From Antedon mediterranea (Eukaryota > Animalia > Echinodermata), in assembly GCF_964355755.1 (NCBI RefSeq), contig NC_092679.1:21187432-21251431 (forward strand): 64,000 bases of DNA, given 5' to 3'. Every line of letters starts with the position of its first letter. The stretch's first letter is position 1. Shown here piece after piece: positions 40,712 to 54,255 of the stretch. A model generated the notes under the pieces. That model did not search any database and was not told the origin of the DNA. It saw only the letters and a program-made list of their open reading frames with translations. Both the position numbers and the translations under genes were made by a program.

Positions 40712-43700
40712 ATGGATATCGGCAAAGAAATAAGTTACAAAATCAGGGTAATTTTAATTGATTATGACTTTGTATTATATATTAAATCTTATATTAGGTA
40801 TCCTAGCAAATTCAAACTGTGTTTCAAACGTATTTATCGCCTTTTAAAGCAAATGTAAGTAAAGATAAGCTAGGCTCTCACTCACCGGTCAGTTTGAGTT
40901 GTGACCTCGCGTGGTAAAATCGGTTGCCCAGGTACGCATTTTAGGAGGATGCTTTCATTTGTGCAAGAGGCCTAGATGCTAGGCTAGGTCTAGGTAGATG
41001 GTTTTAATTTCATTAGCTATGCCTAGGCTCAACCAGATCTAGTATGCCAACTACTCTACTAGGCATACAGTAAGTCTACAGTAGTAGGCATGCTGCTTTT
41101 TCTAATATTTTTAATAGGCCAAAAAATATTATTTTAATTATTATCATTTGCAGGATGCCATCAAGGCAAAGCTGGTGGACCTGGGTGCTTATGTTGGTAA
41201 GTATAACAATTATTTAATACGTCAATATAAATGATGTGATCAGATGGATCATTCATATTTTCGCTTGTAATTGCTGAACTAACTTGCGTTGTGGCCAAGT
41301 GAGAACCAAGCCTTATATCAGCCCGTGCAGGAATGTTATTTATTATATTTTTATATAACTTTTTATTTTAGTTTTTATATGCCTTTTATATACTCTAGAT
41401 TTGATTTGATTTGATTTATTTCGGCATCAGTACATAAAATATCACAGACATACAATTAAAATTGGCAAATATAAAAATACCAATATAAAACAAGGATGCC
41501 AAGGATAACTCATAAAAGTCCTCTACGGACTTGTTTCCAATGAGGTCCTTTGAAAAAACAGCAAAAAAGACAAACAAAGCAACATAATAAAAATTACAAA
41601 AAAACAGCAAAAAGGACAATCGAAAAAAGAAGAAGCGCTAATTAAATAGTTTCTAGAGCTAGTGAACGTTCCTGTAGATACTTTTTAACTTTACTTTTAA
41701 AACAACAAACAGTTTGTGATTCCTTAATGTTAATTGGTAAATTATTCCATTCTTTAATAGCATTGTAAAAAAAGGTCACATGTGCCATTGGCTTGATAGT
41801 TGGGATTCTAAAATTAAAATTGCATCCCCTAGTATTGTAATTATGACTGTCTGAAATTCTAATAAAACGATTGCATAAATAAGGTGGACAACAATGATTA
41901 TATATTTTAAAAACATGACAGACTCTAAGAAATTCGACACGGTCTTGGACTTTTAACATACCAACGTCGTTTAGCTGAGATTGACCAACATGAGATCGGG
42001 GACCTAACTTTTTTATAAAACGAACCATTTTGTTTTGAGTCGTTTGTAATTTTGATTTTAAATTTTTATTTACCGTAGAAGACCATGAGCAAACCGAATA
42101 ATCGAACATCGGTTGGATTAAAGCAAAACTAAGAATTTTGCGACAATGTGAATTAAGAAATGATGATTGTCGGTACAGAAATTTCAGTCTGCCGTTTGCT
42201 TTGTTTATAACAGAGCGGGCAATGACGTCACCTGATACATTTTGGTCAATCTCAATACCTAGATATTTGATAGATTTTGATCCATTTATAGTCGTTCCAA
42301 AGTAATCAATATAGAATTCGTTTACTTTGCTTAATCTACGTTTAGAACCAAACAGGATGCATTCGGTCTTACCCATATGAAGCGAAAGTTGATTGTCGAT
42401 CAGCCAATTATTGCATGATACGAGATTGTTTTGGAGTTTAGATTGTTGCCTTGAGGTAAAGAATTTTCAAATTATAATTTGTTTACAATAAAATTATGTT
42501 TTTTATTCCATGTAGATGAAGAGCTGCCAGATTATATAATGGTGATGATAGCAAACAAGAAGACTACAGATCAAATGAGAGATGACCTACAGTTGTTTCT
42601 TAGTCATAATACTGACAAATTTACTGAGTGGTACGTCAATATATATTAAAATGAACTATAAAAGAGGGGCGAAGGTATGCTTAGCAAGGGGGTTTTCTTC
42701 TGGGTTAAGTTTGGAACATTTCAGTATTTTATTTATTTTTATTTGATGTCTTTATGCACATGTGGCCAAAGATTGCCAATAGTAAATTAATCACTTATAG
42801 GTGGTAATCCTCCTGATACAGGGGCTATGTTGTGAACCAGTTCACCGGGGTAACCCCCCTACTGGTCTAAAATGATGAATTGAGTTCTTTAAAGTGCACA
42901 CAGGTTATAACTGGACCTATGGTAATAGTCCTTATACAAGAAGACTTGTTCCACCACCAGAACTAGGAGAGAGGTGGTCTCGCACCCATGTCGATATTCT
43001 TTAGGTACAATAACCAACGCCCCTGTATTAACCGCTTGGCTATTTGACTCACTCAAAATATTTGTTAAAATGACCTTAAATGTACAATTGTGTTCTCATT
43101 TTAGGCTGGATACAGTTATTCACAAATTGCAATCTGCTACAGTTGAAGACTCACTGAAAGCCCCACCAGTAGAGTTAGAAGAAATAAAACCATCTGAACC
43201 TTTGTCTGCACCTCAATCAGCCCCTCCCTCTCAACCACCAAAAAAATCACGCAAAGGAAAAGACTCAAAATCTTCCAAAACAAAACATAGCAAAAAAGTA
43301 AAAGAACCTTTACAAGAGGAACCTAAGGAAGTTGTCTCTTCAGTAGTGAAAGAACCAGAACCACCAGTAATAAAAGAACCAGAACCATCAATAGTGGTGG
43401 AAGAAGTCAGACCAGATGATCCATCACAAGCCATCATTACGTTAACTCCGGAGACTGGTGACTTCGATGAAGAACTCAATCCGGAACCAATTGAGATGGT
43501 TGTACCTCCTCCACAGAAAGTTGAAAAACTTCAAGAAACATCTGAGGCACAGGTTGCTCCTATCGTCAGCATTGATCAAGATCTAGTTCCAATGATATCA
43601 GAAGATTCCAGAGAAGATTGTCTTGATAAGAGGAATGTCACTCAAATATCCACATCACCAATGTCAATTATTGGAGAATCTGGAAGTTTGACAAGAACTG

Positions 43701-46700
43701 TTAAAACGGACTCAAAGGCATACACAACAACTAGAAAAACACAGGTAAGAATATACTGTAGATGATGAATGTTGATTCATCTATTTACTATGATATTATA
43801 GGAAATCGGTGACATTCACAGTAGGTACAAATCGGTGACATTTAGGTAGATATTAATGACATTTATGTACGAATCTGAGACATTTCCTTAAGAATCTAAC
43901 ATTGACGTAGGCATCTGTGACATTAAGGTACAAGTTGGTGACATTTAGGTACAAATTGGTGAGTTAGGTTCAAATCAGTGACATGACATTTTTACACTCA
44001 GATCCTACCCTGACACCGTTGGTATTAAAGCACACACTTTATCACAATCAATTGGTGTTTTTTTCCTGTAGATACATTCACGACTTGGAGTCAGAACTCA
44101 GAGACCTCCAATACAGAATAAGTATGATAAAAATGATAAACCCAGGAAGTACATGTTGGGGTCAGTTGTAGGTCAAGTGATAGAAGATGAAGATGATGAT
44201 GACAATTTACCTGTTACCAAGCAAGGCCTAACAAGTGTTGTGAAACCAAAAAGAAGGTAATTGTTTTACTATAGGGGAGCTGTCTTGGTGGCTAACATGC
44301 TTGCTTTCCAATCCAAGGGTTCAATCCTGACCTAGTGGGTTGTAACTCACGACTCTTTCAACTTCACTCCCTAAAGCCTGTTTTCCTGTCAACGTTATTC
44401 GACGCTGTCGTCGTTGATCGTTCAACAGTTCAAGACGATCGTTTGAAAACAATCAAGTTTAAATGATAATGATAGCGAGTACCTTTTCCTGTAAATCGTT
44501 AACATTTCAATGTTTACGTAGAAAATTGCCGATTACTGTTTAACGATAGCATCAAATTACGTCGGCAGGAAAACAGGCTTAAGCCTCAAATGAGACTTAA
44601 AGCACGATAAAATATCCATCCTGTAATTGGCGTTACTTGCTGTTGGATGCGTATGAAATAAACAAAAAATATATAAAGAAAAAAAAACTCTTTGTATTAC
44701 ATGCAAATGTAATGATGTTATTCACTTATTTTTCTACTTCTCAATTGTAGGCCCACCCTCCCACCATCAAAGCAAGCTAACAAGTCCTTACTCGTTAGAG
44801 CAATGAGCGATGCACAAAGATCTACAATCAAAGTATTAAACCGAAAGAAAGCAAGTGCTGTGAAAATAGTCAGGTAGGTTTCAAAATAGCATCTTTTACT
44901 GTAGATCCAAAATGTGTAATAGAGAAGTTTTAAAGCTATGTCTACACTATCAAACTTTATGTGATGTGCCCATATATAGACATGATAATGTCATATCAAC
45001 ACCATATTTAGGCTTATCACTACCATACTTAGGCATATCACTACCATATTTGGGCATATCACTACCATATTTGGGCATATCACTACCATATTTGGGCACA
45101 TCACACTTTTTTTGTCAGATTAGTTTGATAGTGTAGACATAGCTTTATAGTGTGTAAATGGAATGAATTTCTAATTTCTAATTGTTATTTTAGTTTTAAT
45201 TTCAATATGACGCATAATTTATTTTTTAATTTTCAACAGGCCAAGTGTAAAAGGGAAAACCTTGCCAAGAAATCTTCTGTCAAGAGCGATTACAAATGCG
45301 ACAATGACAGAGATCCAGACCAGAATTCATCAAAACCCACGGACGCAACCAGAATTAGAAAAAAATCCATTTGTCTCTGAAGAACCGGTTTCTGTAAAGT
45401 CAAAGCCAAGCAATTTGATTCCACTAGATCTAGATAGCAGTGAGTGTATTACATTGGTACCATCTGAAGAAGGATTTGAAGTCGTAATGGGTAATGAACA
45501 AGGTAAGGTAAAATGATAAATACAAGGGGATGGGGAGAGCAGATGCAGGAAAAGGGCAGATATTATGGGAGGGTAAGATATAATGGGAGGGGAAGCTCCT
45601 GAGTTACTTCAGCATAAATACAAATTTACTAGACATTACATATAATGTGTAAACCCTCAACCTCCAAAGTTAAAAATTCCAATGCATATGTTTCATATGT
45701 AATAGTAATAATATCTTCTTTCGAACAACGACTGTTAATGATTTGTACATGTTTTGTATTTATAGATGAAATCGTATCGTCTGTGAGGCATGTAGACGTA
45801 GAAAGAGATGTTGAAGAAGAAAATGAATTAGACCAGAGAATAAGAAATATAACGTATGCAGATGAGCGGGTTGTCAAGACAACTGCAAAGGTGCCCCCTG
45901 TTATCATGATCAAAGAACCAGAAATGTACGTTTTATTTTATAATCCGACGAATAAATAGTATAGTCTGTAAACTAATTTAATGTAACTATGTAGTGCAGT
46001 AGGGGATACCTTCGGGAGTGTGGTGTTGACCGTAGTGTTACAAAACGTATTTCCCCTTCAGTTCATGAGAAAGTGGAGTCCCCTTGATAGTGCTTTTCCC
46101 TGAATAGGGTGTCCCAAAAGAGTGGTTCGACTTGTGGTTAAATTTGTCAATATATATCTTGGTAAATAAATTACTTTTGTTATTTTTCTTAGAGCACCAA
46201 CACCGCCAAAACCAGTGAACAATCCCAGATTTATTGTCACCTTGGCTGGAGCAGATAATATGCGTAATCAGCAACAAAGGAGGGCGCCGAAAAGGGCAAG
46301 GGTCAAAGCACAAATACCAGTGATAAGGACCGTTCATAATGAGAGTATGAATACAAGCGTTCCGTCCTACAAGGCTACTAGTAAAGATGTCCTTTTGACC
46401 AGAGGTCAGTTTGCATATCAATCATGTCTACATTTGTTACTGCAATAACATTGGTATGGTGCCTAAGGCTCTGTCTACACTATCAAACTAGTTTGACAAA
46501 AACAGTGTGATGTACCCAAATATGGTAGATGTGCCTAAATGTGGTAGTGACATGACATCATCATGCCCATATATGTGCACATCACATTTTTTGTCACATA
46601 AAGTTTGATAGTGTAGACATAGCTTTAGGCCTTCAGAAAAGGTTCTTTTGCCAAGCACATTTTTTTTGTTTAGCTGATTTGTGATTGTGTAAATCAATCA

Positions 46701-49700
46701 TGCAATTTCTCCCTCTCCGGTTTGTACTTGGTAAACATTACAAGTTTTTTAGACCTTATTGAAGTTCAAATTTAAATTTTTTTGAAATTGTACTGATGTA
46801 CAGTGCTTGGCAATATGTGTATACAGTATTGTTTTAATTATTTTATAGATAATGCAGTATAGTAAATATATAGTAAATGCAGTTCTGACCATACAGTAAT
46901 TGTTCTAAAAATCGTTAATATCCATATTTATATGGTGTTATATAATGCCTAAATAATTTCCTGTCATTTGATTGGATGATTATTGGTCACATGGCGTGTA
47001 ATAGTACGCCATATTGAACTATTAAATGTAGGCATAGGCCTACCTTTTATTTAATCTGATTCAAATGACAGAAATCTATTTAGATGTTTATAAAACAAAT
47101 ATATGATTGTTTTATATTCATGTAATGGTACAAATATTAATGGATGTCATCATTCACCTCATGCCATTATTTGTACCATTACACTCATAAACATTCATTA
47201 TTTGTATATTATCAATTGAATAACTTGTTTTTATTGATTGGTTATAGTGAACCAAGTTGTAGAAGAAAAAGAATTATACACATTTGAAAACCAGGTGGTA
47301 AGAGGAGGTGACATAAGAGGTTTTGCATCCAGGTTGGAATCTGTTGTTCCAATGGCTAGAGTAGAAACGGATATTCCTGTGGTAGCGTTACAGAGTACAC
47401 CAAAGGTCAACCAAGTGTCATTTAGTCTGCATGATTCAGAGGGTAAGAAAATGTGTTGTTTATTGAATCTCATTTTTGTGTGAACAACCTCATAAGAACT
47501 TGCTCTAACCTAGGCCTATTGTTTATGTACCATTACTACTGCAAACACTGTAGACATACATATACAGTATTTATGATGAGGGGGGAGTTTCTAGTTTTCA
47601 GAGAGTCTGGTGTTGGGATAGTCAGTTTTATAATATGTTTTATTAAACTATCTACTTTTTTAGATGAAGAGATGGAAGATGTATCTGGACCTAAAAAGCA
47701 GAAAATTTTAGAGAGGTGCTTGTTCTGGCCAGCTTGTAAGAATGGTGATGTATGTACCTATGTACACCCTACTACTAAGTGTGTGTAAGTTCATTCAATT
47801 TACCATTAAATAAGTTACTGTACTAACATACCACCTATAGAAACATCAGAAACTCAGAACAGATCCACAAAGATAGCACTTAGGTCACGTTATATTATTA
47901 TATCCGCACTCACCCATCTTAAAAAAAATCCTGGATCTGCTCCTGAATTCACTCACAATTTGGTCATTTACTAAAAATAAGATTAGTCAAAATTGTCACA
48001 ATAATTTTAATTTGGTAACAAATGTTCTCACATGAAATTAAAATGTCTAAAATGTATATAAGTTTTGATATGCTTAAATAAAAGTTACAAGAACCAAAGA
48101 TTACATTATATATTGTTTTTTCAGAAAAATATTCATTAAGCCCTGTCTACACTATCAAACTTCATGTGACTAAAAATGTGATGTACCCATATTGTATATG
48201 GGTATGATGATGTCATATCAATACCATAATTGGGAACATCACACTTTTTTTGTCAAACTAGTTTGATAGTGTAGACAGAGCTTTAGAAACTAGATGAATT
48301 TATTTCAACATACATTATATTTTTGATGAATGTTTATTTTTTATAATTTTAGAACGTTTCCTAAATGCAAGTTTGGAGATAAATGCTTGTATATTCATCC
48401 AAATTGCAAGTTTGATGCAAAGTGCACACGATCCGATTGTCCGTACACTCATGCTACTCGAACAAAACCTAATGCGCTGCCAAGTCCTCCAGGTAAGGTT
48501 TTTAAGCAATATAGTATAGGATATACAGTACTGGTATTAGTTCCGAAGTGGTAAGCTCTGTCTACACTATCAAACTTAATGTGACAAATAATTGTGATAT
48601 TCCCCATAATGTCCTATCACTACCATATGGGCACAATTTTTTTTGTCAAACTAGTTTGATAGTGTTGACAGAGCTTTACGTCCTTTGAAACTTTGTTCTT
48701 ATTAATCGCCTAGAAAATCCCTTTAGTTTGCACAAATTCAAATGTCATTTCTTTAAGGGTGAAAAAAAATCTCTGTTTATACTGTTAAACTAGTTTGACA
48801 AAAAAAAGTGTGATATGCCCAAATATGGTAGATGTGCCTAAATGCGGTAGTGACATGACATCATCATGTCCATATATAGGCACATCACATTTTTTGTTGT
48901 CACATAAAGTTTGAGCTTTGGAGAAACAGACAGAAGGAACAAACAATTGGAAAATGTAAAATGCTTTATAGAAATGTGAGTTGTATATTTTGTTTTCTTT
49001 TAGTCTCTCCTCCATTAAAGATGACAAGTCAGAGACCGTTACCGGCAATATGCAAGTTCCATCCTGGTTGTCAAAATCCAACCTGTACTTTTCAACATCC
49101 TAAGGTAAATTAAATCTGTCACTTTATGTAGTGTATTTCATTTGTCATTAATACAAATTTCTCTGATGTTACTGCTGTGTACTTAAAGTTTGTATTTGTT
49201 GTTTAAGAGGTAGTCAAGTCATATTTATGTGTGCAATTACTTTATTTCTCACTCTCATAACATAAACAATAAAACTTCATTAACAAATGTGGCAAAAAAT
49301 ACCAAAATAAATCAGCTTTCGCTACTTAAGTTTTGATCTTTAAAGTAAAATGCATTAATTTTTTAACACAATTGATCGTAAAGTTAAATTAAATAAGTTT
49401 GTAATCTATTTATTAAAGTATTTGATATTCTCTGTTCAGCCTTGCAGATTTGGGAGCGCATGTACAAGACCGAATTGTGTCTTCAGCCATCCTAAAGTTG
49501 TCAGAGGTTCAGCTTTGAAATGGACAAAAAAGTAAGCCATACGATATTACTACATGTACTACAATGAAATTAATAATGTACACATTTTATCTAAAGCTTG
49601 GTTCCCACTAGAACGTAACGCAAGGACGTAAACGCAACGCAAGTGTTTTAACCAAGACAAGCGAAGTTAAGCTTGGTTCCCACTAGAACGTAACGCAAGG

Positions 49701-50336
49701 ACGTAAATGCAACGCAAGCGTTTTAACCAATGACAAGCGAAGTTATAGACAGTTAGCAATCACAAGTGAATAAGCCATCGCTTGTGATTGGTCAATTCAC
49801 TTGCGTTGCGTTACGTCCTTGCGTTGCGTCTCTAGTGAGAACCACGCTTTAGTGATATACTTAAAAAAGCCAGCAAGAATGTTGAAATAATATATGTGAA
49901 ACGAATGTTAATAATTGTATTCTGTATATGATCATGCACTACATTTACAACGAGTCCGAATTCAGCTCATCTCAACTCTCTAAAGCTCTGTCTACACTAT
50001 CAAACTTTATGCGACAAAAAATGTGATGTGCCCTTATATGGACATGATGATATTACCATATTTGGGCTTATCACTACCATATTTTAGCACATCATACTTT
50101 TTGTTGTTAAACTAGTTTAATAGTGTAGACATAGCTTTAAACTATCTACAGTTCTTATTTTAAAACAACTACTAAAGTTTGATACCACCCCCCAAAAGAC
50201 GTATTACTAAAATAATGTCATATTTATTTGTACAACCTACCTTGTCAATAAATAATTTAATTTTATCTTTTTTTTTTCCAGTGTTCAAAAATCGTCCTCT
50301 CTACTCTCAAGTATACCCAATCACATAGCCTTATAG
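40712..50336 (+). CDS. ZC3H14: Zinc finger CCCH domain protein 14 (Nab2 orthologue, poly(A)-binding)
   Basis: PWI-like N-terminus MDIGKEISYKIR|DAIKAKLVDLGAYV|DEELPDYIMVMIANKK (exons at 40712, ~41154, ~42516); central PPSKQANKSLL and PRFIVTL motifs; five CCCH fingers (ERCLFWPACKNGDVCTYVHP, FPKCKFGDKCLYIHP, CKFDAKCTRSDCPYTH, CKFHPGCQNPTCTFQHP, CRFGSACTRPNCVFSHP). The last coding exon 50282-50336 is less certain. Confidence 0.93.
41398..42445 (-). mobile_element. 5'-truncated CR1/L2-group LINE with an open ORF2 C-terminus, antisense in ZC3H14 intron 2
   Basis: ORF 41642-42376: NWLIDNQLSLHMGKTECILFG, IKYLGIEID, LIQPMFDY, HNYNTR, TFFYNAIKEWNNLP. 3' UTR ends in an (AAATC)n tail at 41398-41420. Confidence 0.9.
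42740..43050 (-). mobile_element. tRNA-derived SINE with a Deu/Nin-like core (family from recall)
   Basis: The plus strand shows gagttctttaaagtgcac...ggacctatgg..atagtccttatacaagaagact. The minus strand starts gagtcaaatagccaagcggttaa (A-box-like). The tail ggccaaagattgccaatagtaaattaatcact recurs at ~24695. Confidence 0.55.
43802..43990. repeat. Degenerate ~21-bp tandem repeat
   Basis: Unit approximately acaaatcggtgacatttaggt, about 8 copies. Confidence 0.7.
44274..44690 (+). mobile_element. tRNA-derived SINE interrupted by a MITE
   Basis: SINE head 44274-44371 and tail 44583-44690 match the 32243 copy. Confidence 0.75.
44375..44579. mobile_element. PIF/Harbinger-like MITE nested in the SINE
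   Basis: TAA|agcctgttttcctg...caggaaaacaggct|TAA; 3-bp TAA TSD. Confidence 0.85.
44934..45144. mobile_element. MITE family A
   Basis: Both TIRs present; five 21-bp internal repeats. Confidence 0.85.
46467..46624. mobile_element. MITE family A
   Basis: Both TIRs present, TAA/TTA flanks. Confidence 0.85.
48139..48282. mobile_element. MITE family A
   Basis: Both TIRs present. Confidence 0.85.
48554..48675. mobile_element. MITE family A (a further TIR-less copy at ~48787-48918)
   Basis: Both TIRs present, with an internal deletion. Confidence 0.8.
49595..49848. mobile_element. MITE family B with a duplicated left end
   Basis: agcttggttcccactagaacgtaacgcaaggacgtaa occurs at 49595 and again at 49670; right TIR ctagtgagaaccacgct. 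Confidence 0.85.
49984..50136. mobile_element. MITE family A
   Basis: TAA|agctctgtctacacta...tagtgtagacatagct|TTA. Confidence 0.85.
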
Positions 50337-53300
50337 ATGTTCGTTTTGGCTTGACTGCTCCCTAAAATTATGGTACTTTTTTCCATGTTTTATTTACTAA
50401 CATTGTTTTCCTGAGATGACCTTTGACCCATACTATCGTGCTGTTTCTCATCGTACCTTGCACATCAAGATCATGTACACTTATTTTATAAATTCTTAGA
50501 GAGAAACATCATGAACTTATATGGATGATCATGTTACTAACATTTTTGTGTGTTTTTGAAGAGTTTTTAACTTTGAACTTTAACACTGTGACCTCAGAAC
50601 CTGACATGGTGCTGTTTTTGAAGTTTATAAAGAAAATTTTGTTTATCTACAAAATGTTTTGTTACAACCTTTCACTGCTTTTATTTTTCAAAACCCTTTT
50701 TTTGGATGATATCATAAATGGAAACATCACAACCTTATATGGGCATTGTTGCTGGTTGTCACATAATAATGCATAATATGTTTGACCATTTGAAGGTTGT
50801 GCCAAAGGTCAAATTCTATGTTTCATCGATTTCATTTGTTTTTAAATAAGCAAGATTTGTATATTAAAGTCTTCTACTGATAATATGAAAAATGGAAGCG
50901 CTCGAATATTAACATGTGACACAGAGGTCAAATGAAATGGTTCACTGAATTTTTGCAAGTGAGACATCATGATTTTTCAGTTTAAAAAAAGAGAAAACCA
51001 TGCAAAAACGATGCATGCAGATTGACCAATCAAAGAATACTGTTTACAGCAAATAACTGCAAGGAAAAGTGAAGTTTTTGTAACATTTAAATTCAACATT
51101 TGGTTTTAAACATTTCTAAAGAATTTGCTGTATTTAATAACATTGTATAAATGTAAACAAAAAAACGTTTGTAATTTAACCTTTTTAAAGTTTGCTTTCT
51201 TTCACGTTCAATGTTTTAAACAAGAATTGAAGATTTTAATTGTGGAGGAAAGGGTTGGATTGGGGGTGTGGGATGGGAAGAGATGATGACAATGCATCAA
51301 CAACACTTGTTAGACATTTCTATAATGTACAATATTGACAAAATAAATAGCAATGCAGTATCTAAAGAGTAACGCGAGTGTATACAGTGTAATTGATTTC
51401 CCTTTTTTCACTCATGTGTATTCGTTTTCAATCTTCTACTTGATATTAAATATCAAAATATAAACATACTTGATTATAATTTATTCAGTTTTACATAAAT
51501 AAATATAACATGGAAGGATTACAGTTTTTTTATATAGAAAAATGATTAATATTAGAAGTTTAAATGGAAGAAACAGGGCGATCGAGATGAATTTCGTGTT
51601 GTTAGGCTTCTTTTGAGAAATAATATTTTTTCTACTATACTACTCATACAGTAGTCTTGATCAGGTTATCTCCAATTGAATATATTATTACAAATTATAA
51701 ATTCAAAAAATATTGATATGGTCAGACCTAAACAGGCACTGTAATTTACATTAAAATAATATTACGTCCAATTTACGACAATAAATGGAATATTTAAAAC
51801 CTAATTGATTAAATGGCAATGGCCTTTTCAGTTTATTCTAGTTGCATGACCTCAAAAAGAAAAAAGGTCGACCCCGTAGAGAATCTCCGTGTGTTGTGCA
51901 ACCTGGAATATTATTTTATTATTATTGATCAAAACAAAGAAATAAACACCAAGAATAATTAAATAATTTATGCATAGGATAATTACCGATTCAATGCTTA
52001 ACCTCAAGGCCCCTTGGACAGTATAATTTTAATAGTAAAATTTACTCAGAAAATTTCACATAACATCATCATCAAAATGCAATACAAAAAAAATTATCCA
52101 TGTTTTAAAAGCTTGTCTTTAAACAATTCTGTCAAAAAGAAAATATTAAAACTGAAAAAAAAACAACTCTGTTGTAACAGTTTTCAATTGAGGATTAAAT
52201 CAAAATTAAAATTGTAAAGTGAAAACCAGTTCAGAAAACACTATTTCGTCGTCGGTGTTTATAGGCCTAAGTTAATGAGAAAGCAATTTTTTCGGAAATT
52301 CTATTTTGACGTCAGGCTTATAAGAAAATAAAAATGTTTCGAAAAACTATATAATATTGACGTAATATTGACGTAAAAGCTAATTTTCAATCAAATCTTC
52401 CAGAATTAACAAGAAATTGTTGTACATAATAAAACAATAAAGCATTTTCACAATTCTAAAGAAGATCGGAATAAAAAATAAACATTTTAAAATTATACGT
52501 TAAAGAAAAATCCTTGGCTAAGATATCCCAAATAATTAAGTTAGCGCTTACAAGTAGAATATCTCTTGTGATTTATAATTAGGGCAGTAACATAAGAAAT
52601 GAAGCGGACTCTCAACATTTAAGCCACAAGTACAATTTGGATTGTTCCGAAGTCCATTATTTTGTCAAAAGTATTGTTTTTTTTTCATTTGTTGTACAGC
52701 ATTTTCCAAAATAGTACTGTAAATAAACAGCTCTTGTATTCTTTTATCGTATGTACCGCCATCTAGAAAATAGCAAAACTAACTATGTTACTAATAAATG
52801 CAACTAATCTAGACTTCCATATATGGAAATGATTTCCTTATCAATTTTTAATCACTTAAACGTGTCTTTACATGATTTTATGTAAAGTTATATGCCATTA
52901 CCTTATAAATAACATAATTTCGAAACATTTTTATTTTCATTTTTATGAGCCATTTTTTTGTTAAGTTGATGGTCAATTTTAGCTCTATCGCAAATCCATA
53001 ATTTCGTTTAATAGTTTAATTTAAAATCTATTGATTTCAATTACTATAATTTTTAACTCCCAGAGTCTTTTAAAAAATCCAATTTAAAAATTTACATGGT
53101 AATATACATAGATGCACCTAGAATAATAATGACTTATTACTCCGGCGGCCGGACATTTGCCTCGTACCGGCTAGGAACGCTTTAGCCGAATAGTCGACAT
53201 ATATGATATTTGTGCTGTTATTTTAAATTCTGTATCTGTTACATAATCTACAGCGCGTGTAAGATAAATTTCGTAAAATAAAAAATGAATAAATAAAAAT

Positions 53301-53716
53301 ACAAACAGTTTTTTTTAATTCTTTATCTTCTACGCAATCTTGACTACAACGGCCCTATTGCAAATACTTGTGCTTCACAGAAAGGTGCCAGCAATATTAC
53401 CCTAGCCTTAGAAAATTAAATAAGTACATTTTATCTCAGGGACTTCAAACCTTGATATGAGCAATAAAAGGTTAGTTAACAGATGTAATGATATAATAAT
53501 TGTTCAAGTCGAAAGACAATGACTTATAAAATAATACTACTGGTATGCAGAAGGATAGCGTATTTTAATTATTATAGACCTAGCTACGTAAAGCACGTAA
53601 TTTCGTAGTAACGCGCAGTGCAATGTACCCTAAAATCCAAACAAAAGAATATAGGCACAAGGGTAATCATTATATTTATCTTAAAAGAAGGTTTTATTCC
53701 ACTATTTTTATCCTAA

Positions 53717-53850
53717 AGCTCCGTCTACACTATCAAACTAGTTTGATTAAAAATGTGCGTGTCCAAATATGGTAGTGATATGCTCAAATATGGTAGTGAT
53801 ATGCTCAAATATGGTAGTGATATGCTCAAATAAGGTAGTGATATGACATC
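53717..53850. mobile_element. MITE family A, partial
   Basis: One TIR and four 21-bp repeats. Confidence 0.75.
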
Positions 53851-54179
53851 TTTATATTGCGGAATATAATGTTGAAGCATGTAGAAAATAATAATGTATA
53901 CTGTCGATACGGACACATCCAAAAGTCTTTTCGTTGGCTAGCCTTGTATATTAATTTAGAGGTTTTAGTTGTTATTGTGATAATTCACTGGTAAGCCTAC
54001 TGTTCGGTCTTTTAATCAATCATATTTTTACCACTCAGACACTCTTTTGTCGATTTTGACCAACAATAATTATCCATCAAAATAGGCCATTCGGTTTTGT
54101 CTTTTTAAAAGGTTATTTAGACATATGACCGTATTCTGTACAATTGTATCATATTCCGATTGTCTTTGTTTAGGCCTAC

Positions 54180-54255
54180 ATCTATTAGTGTTTTAATGGT
54201 AAGGCGTCATGCCTACCAAGCAGACGATCCGGGGTTCAATTCTTCGCAATTTCGA
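54180..54255 (+). pseudogene. tRNA-like relic (tRNA pseudogene or SINE head)
   Basis: gtgttttaatggtaagg...tgcctaccaagca...ccggggttcaattc shows A/B-box spacing, but the acceptor stem is broken. Confidence 0.45.

Noticed and set aside
53143-53200. HDV-like ribozyme
   Set aside because: Only alternative simple hairpins (ggccgg/ccggct, ggcta/tagcc); no room for the nested P2/P3 double pseudoknot.
54180-54255. Functional tRNA gene
   Set aside because: The acceptor stem does not pair; more consistent with a pseudogene or SINE head.
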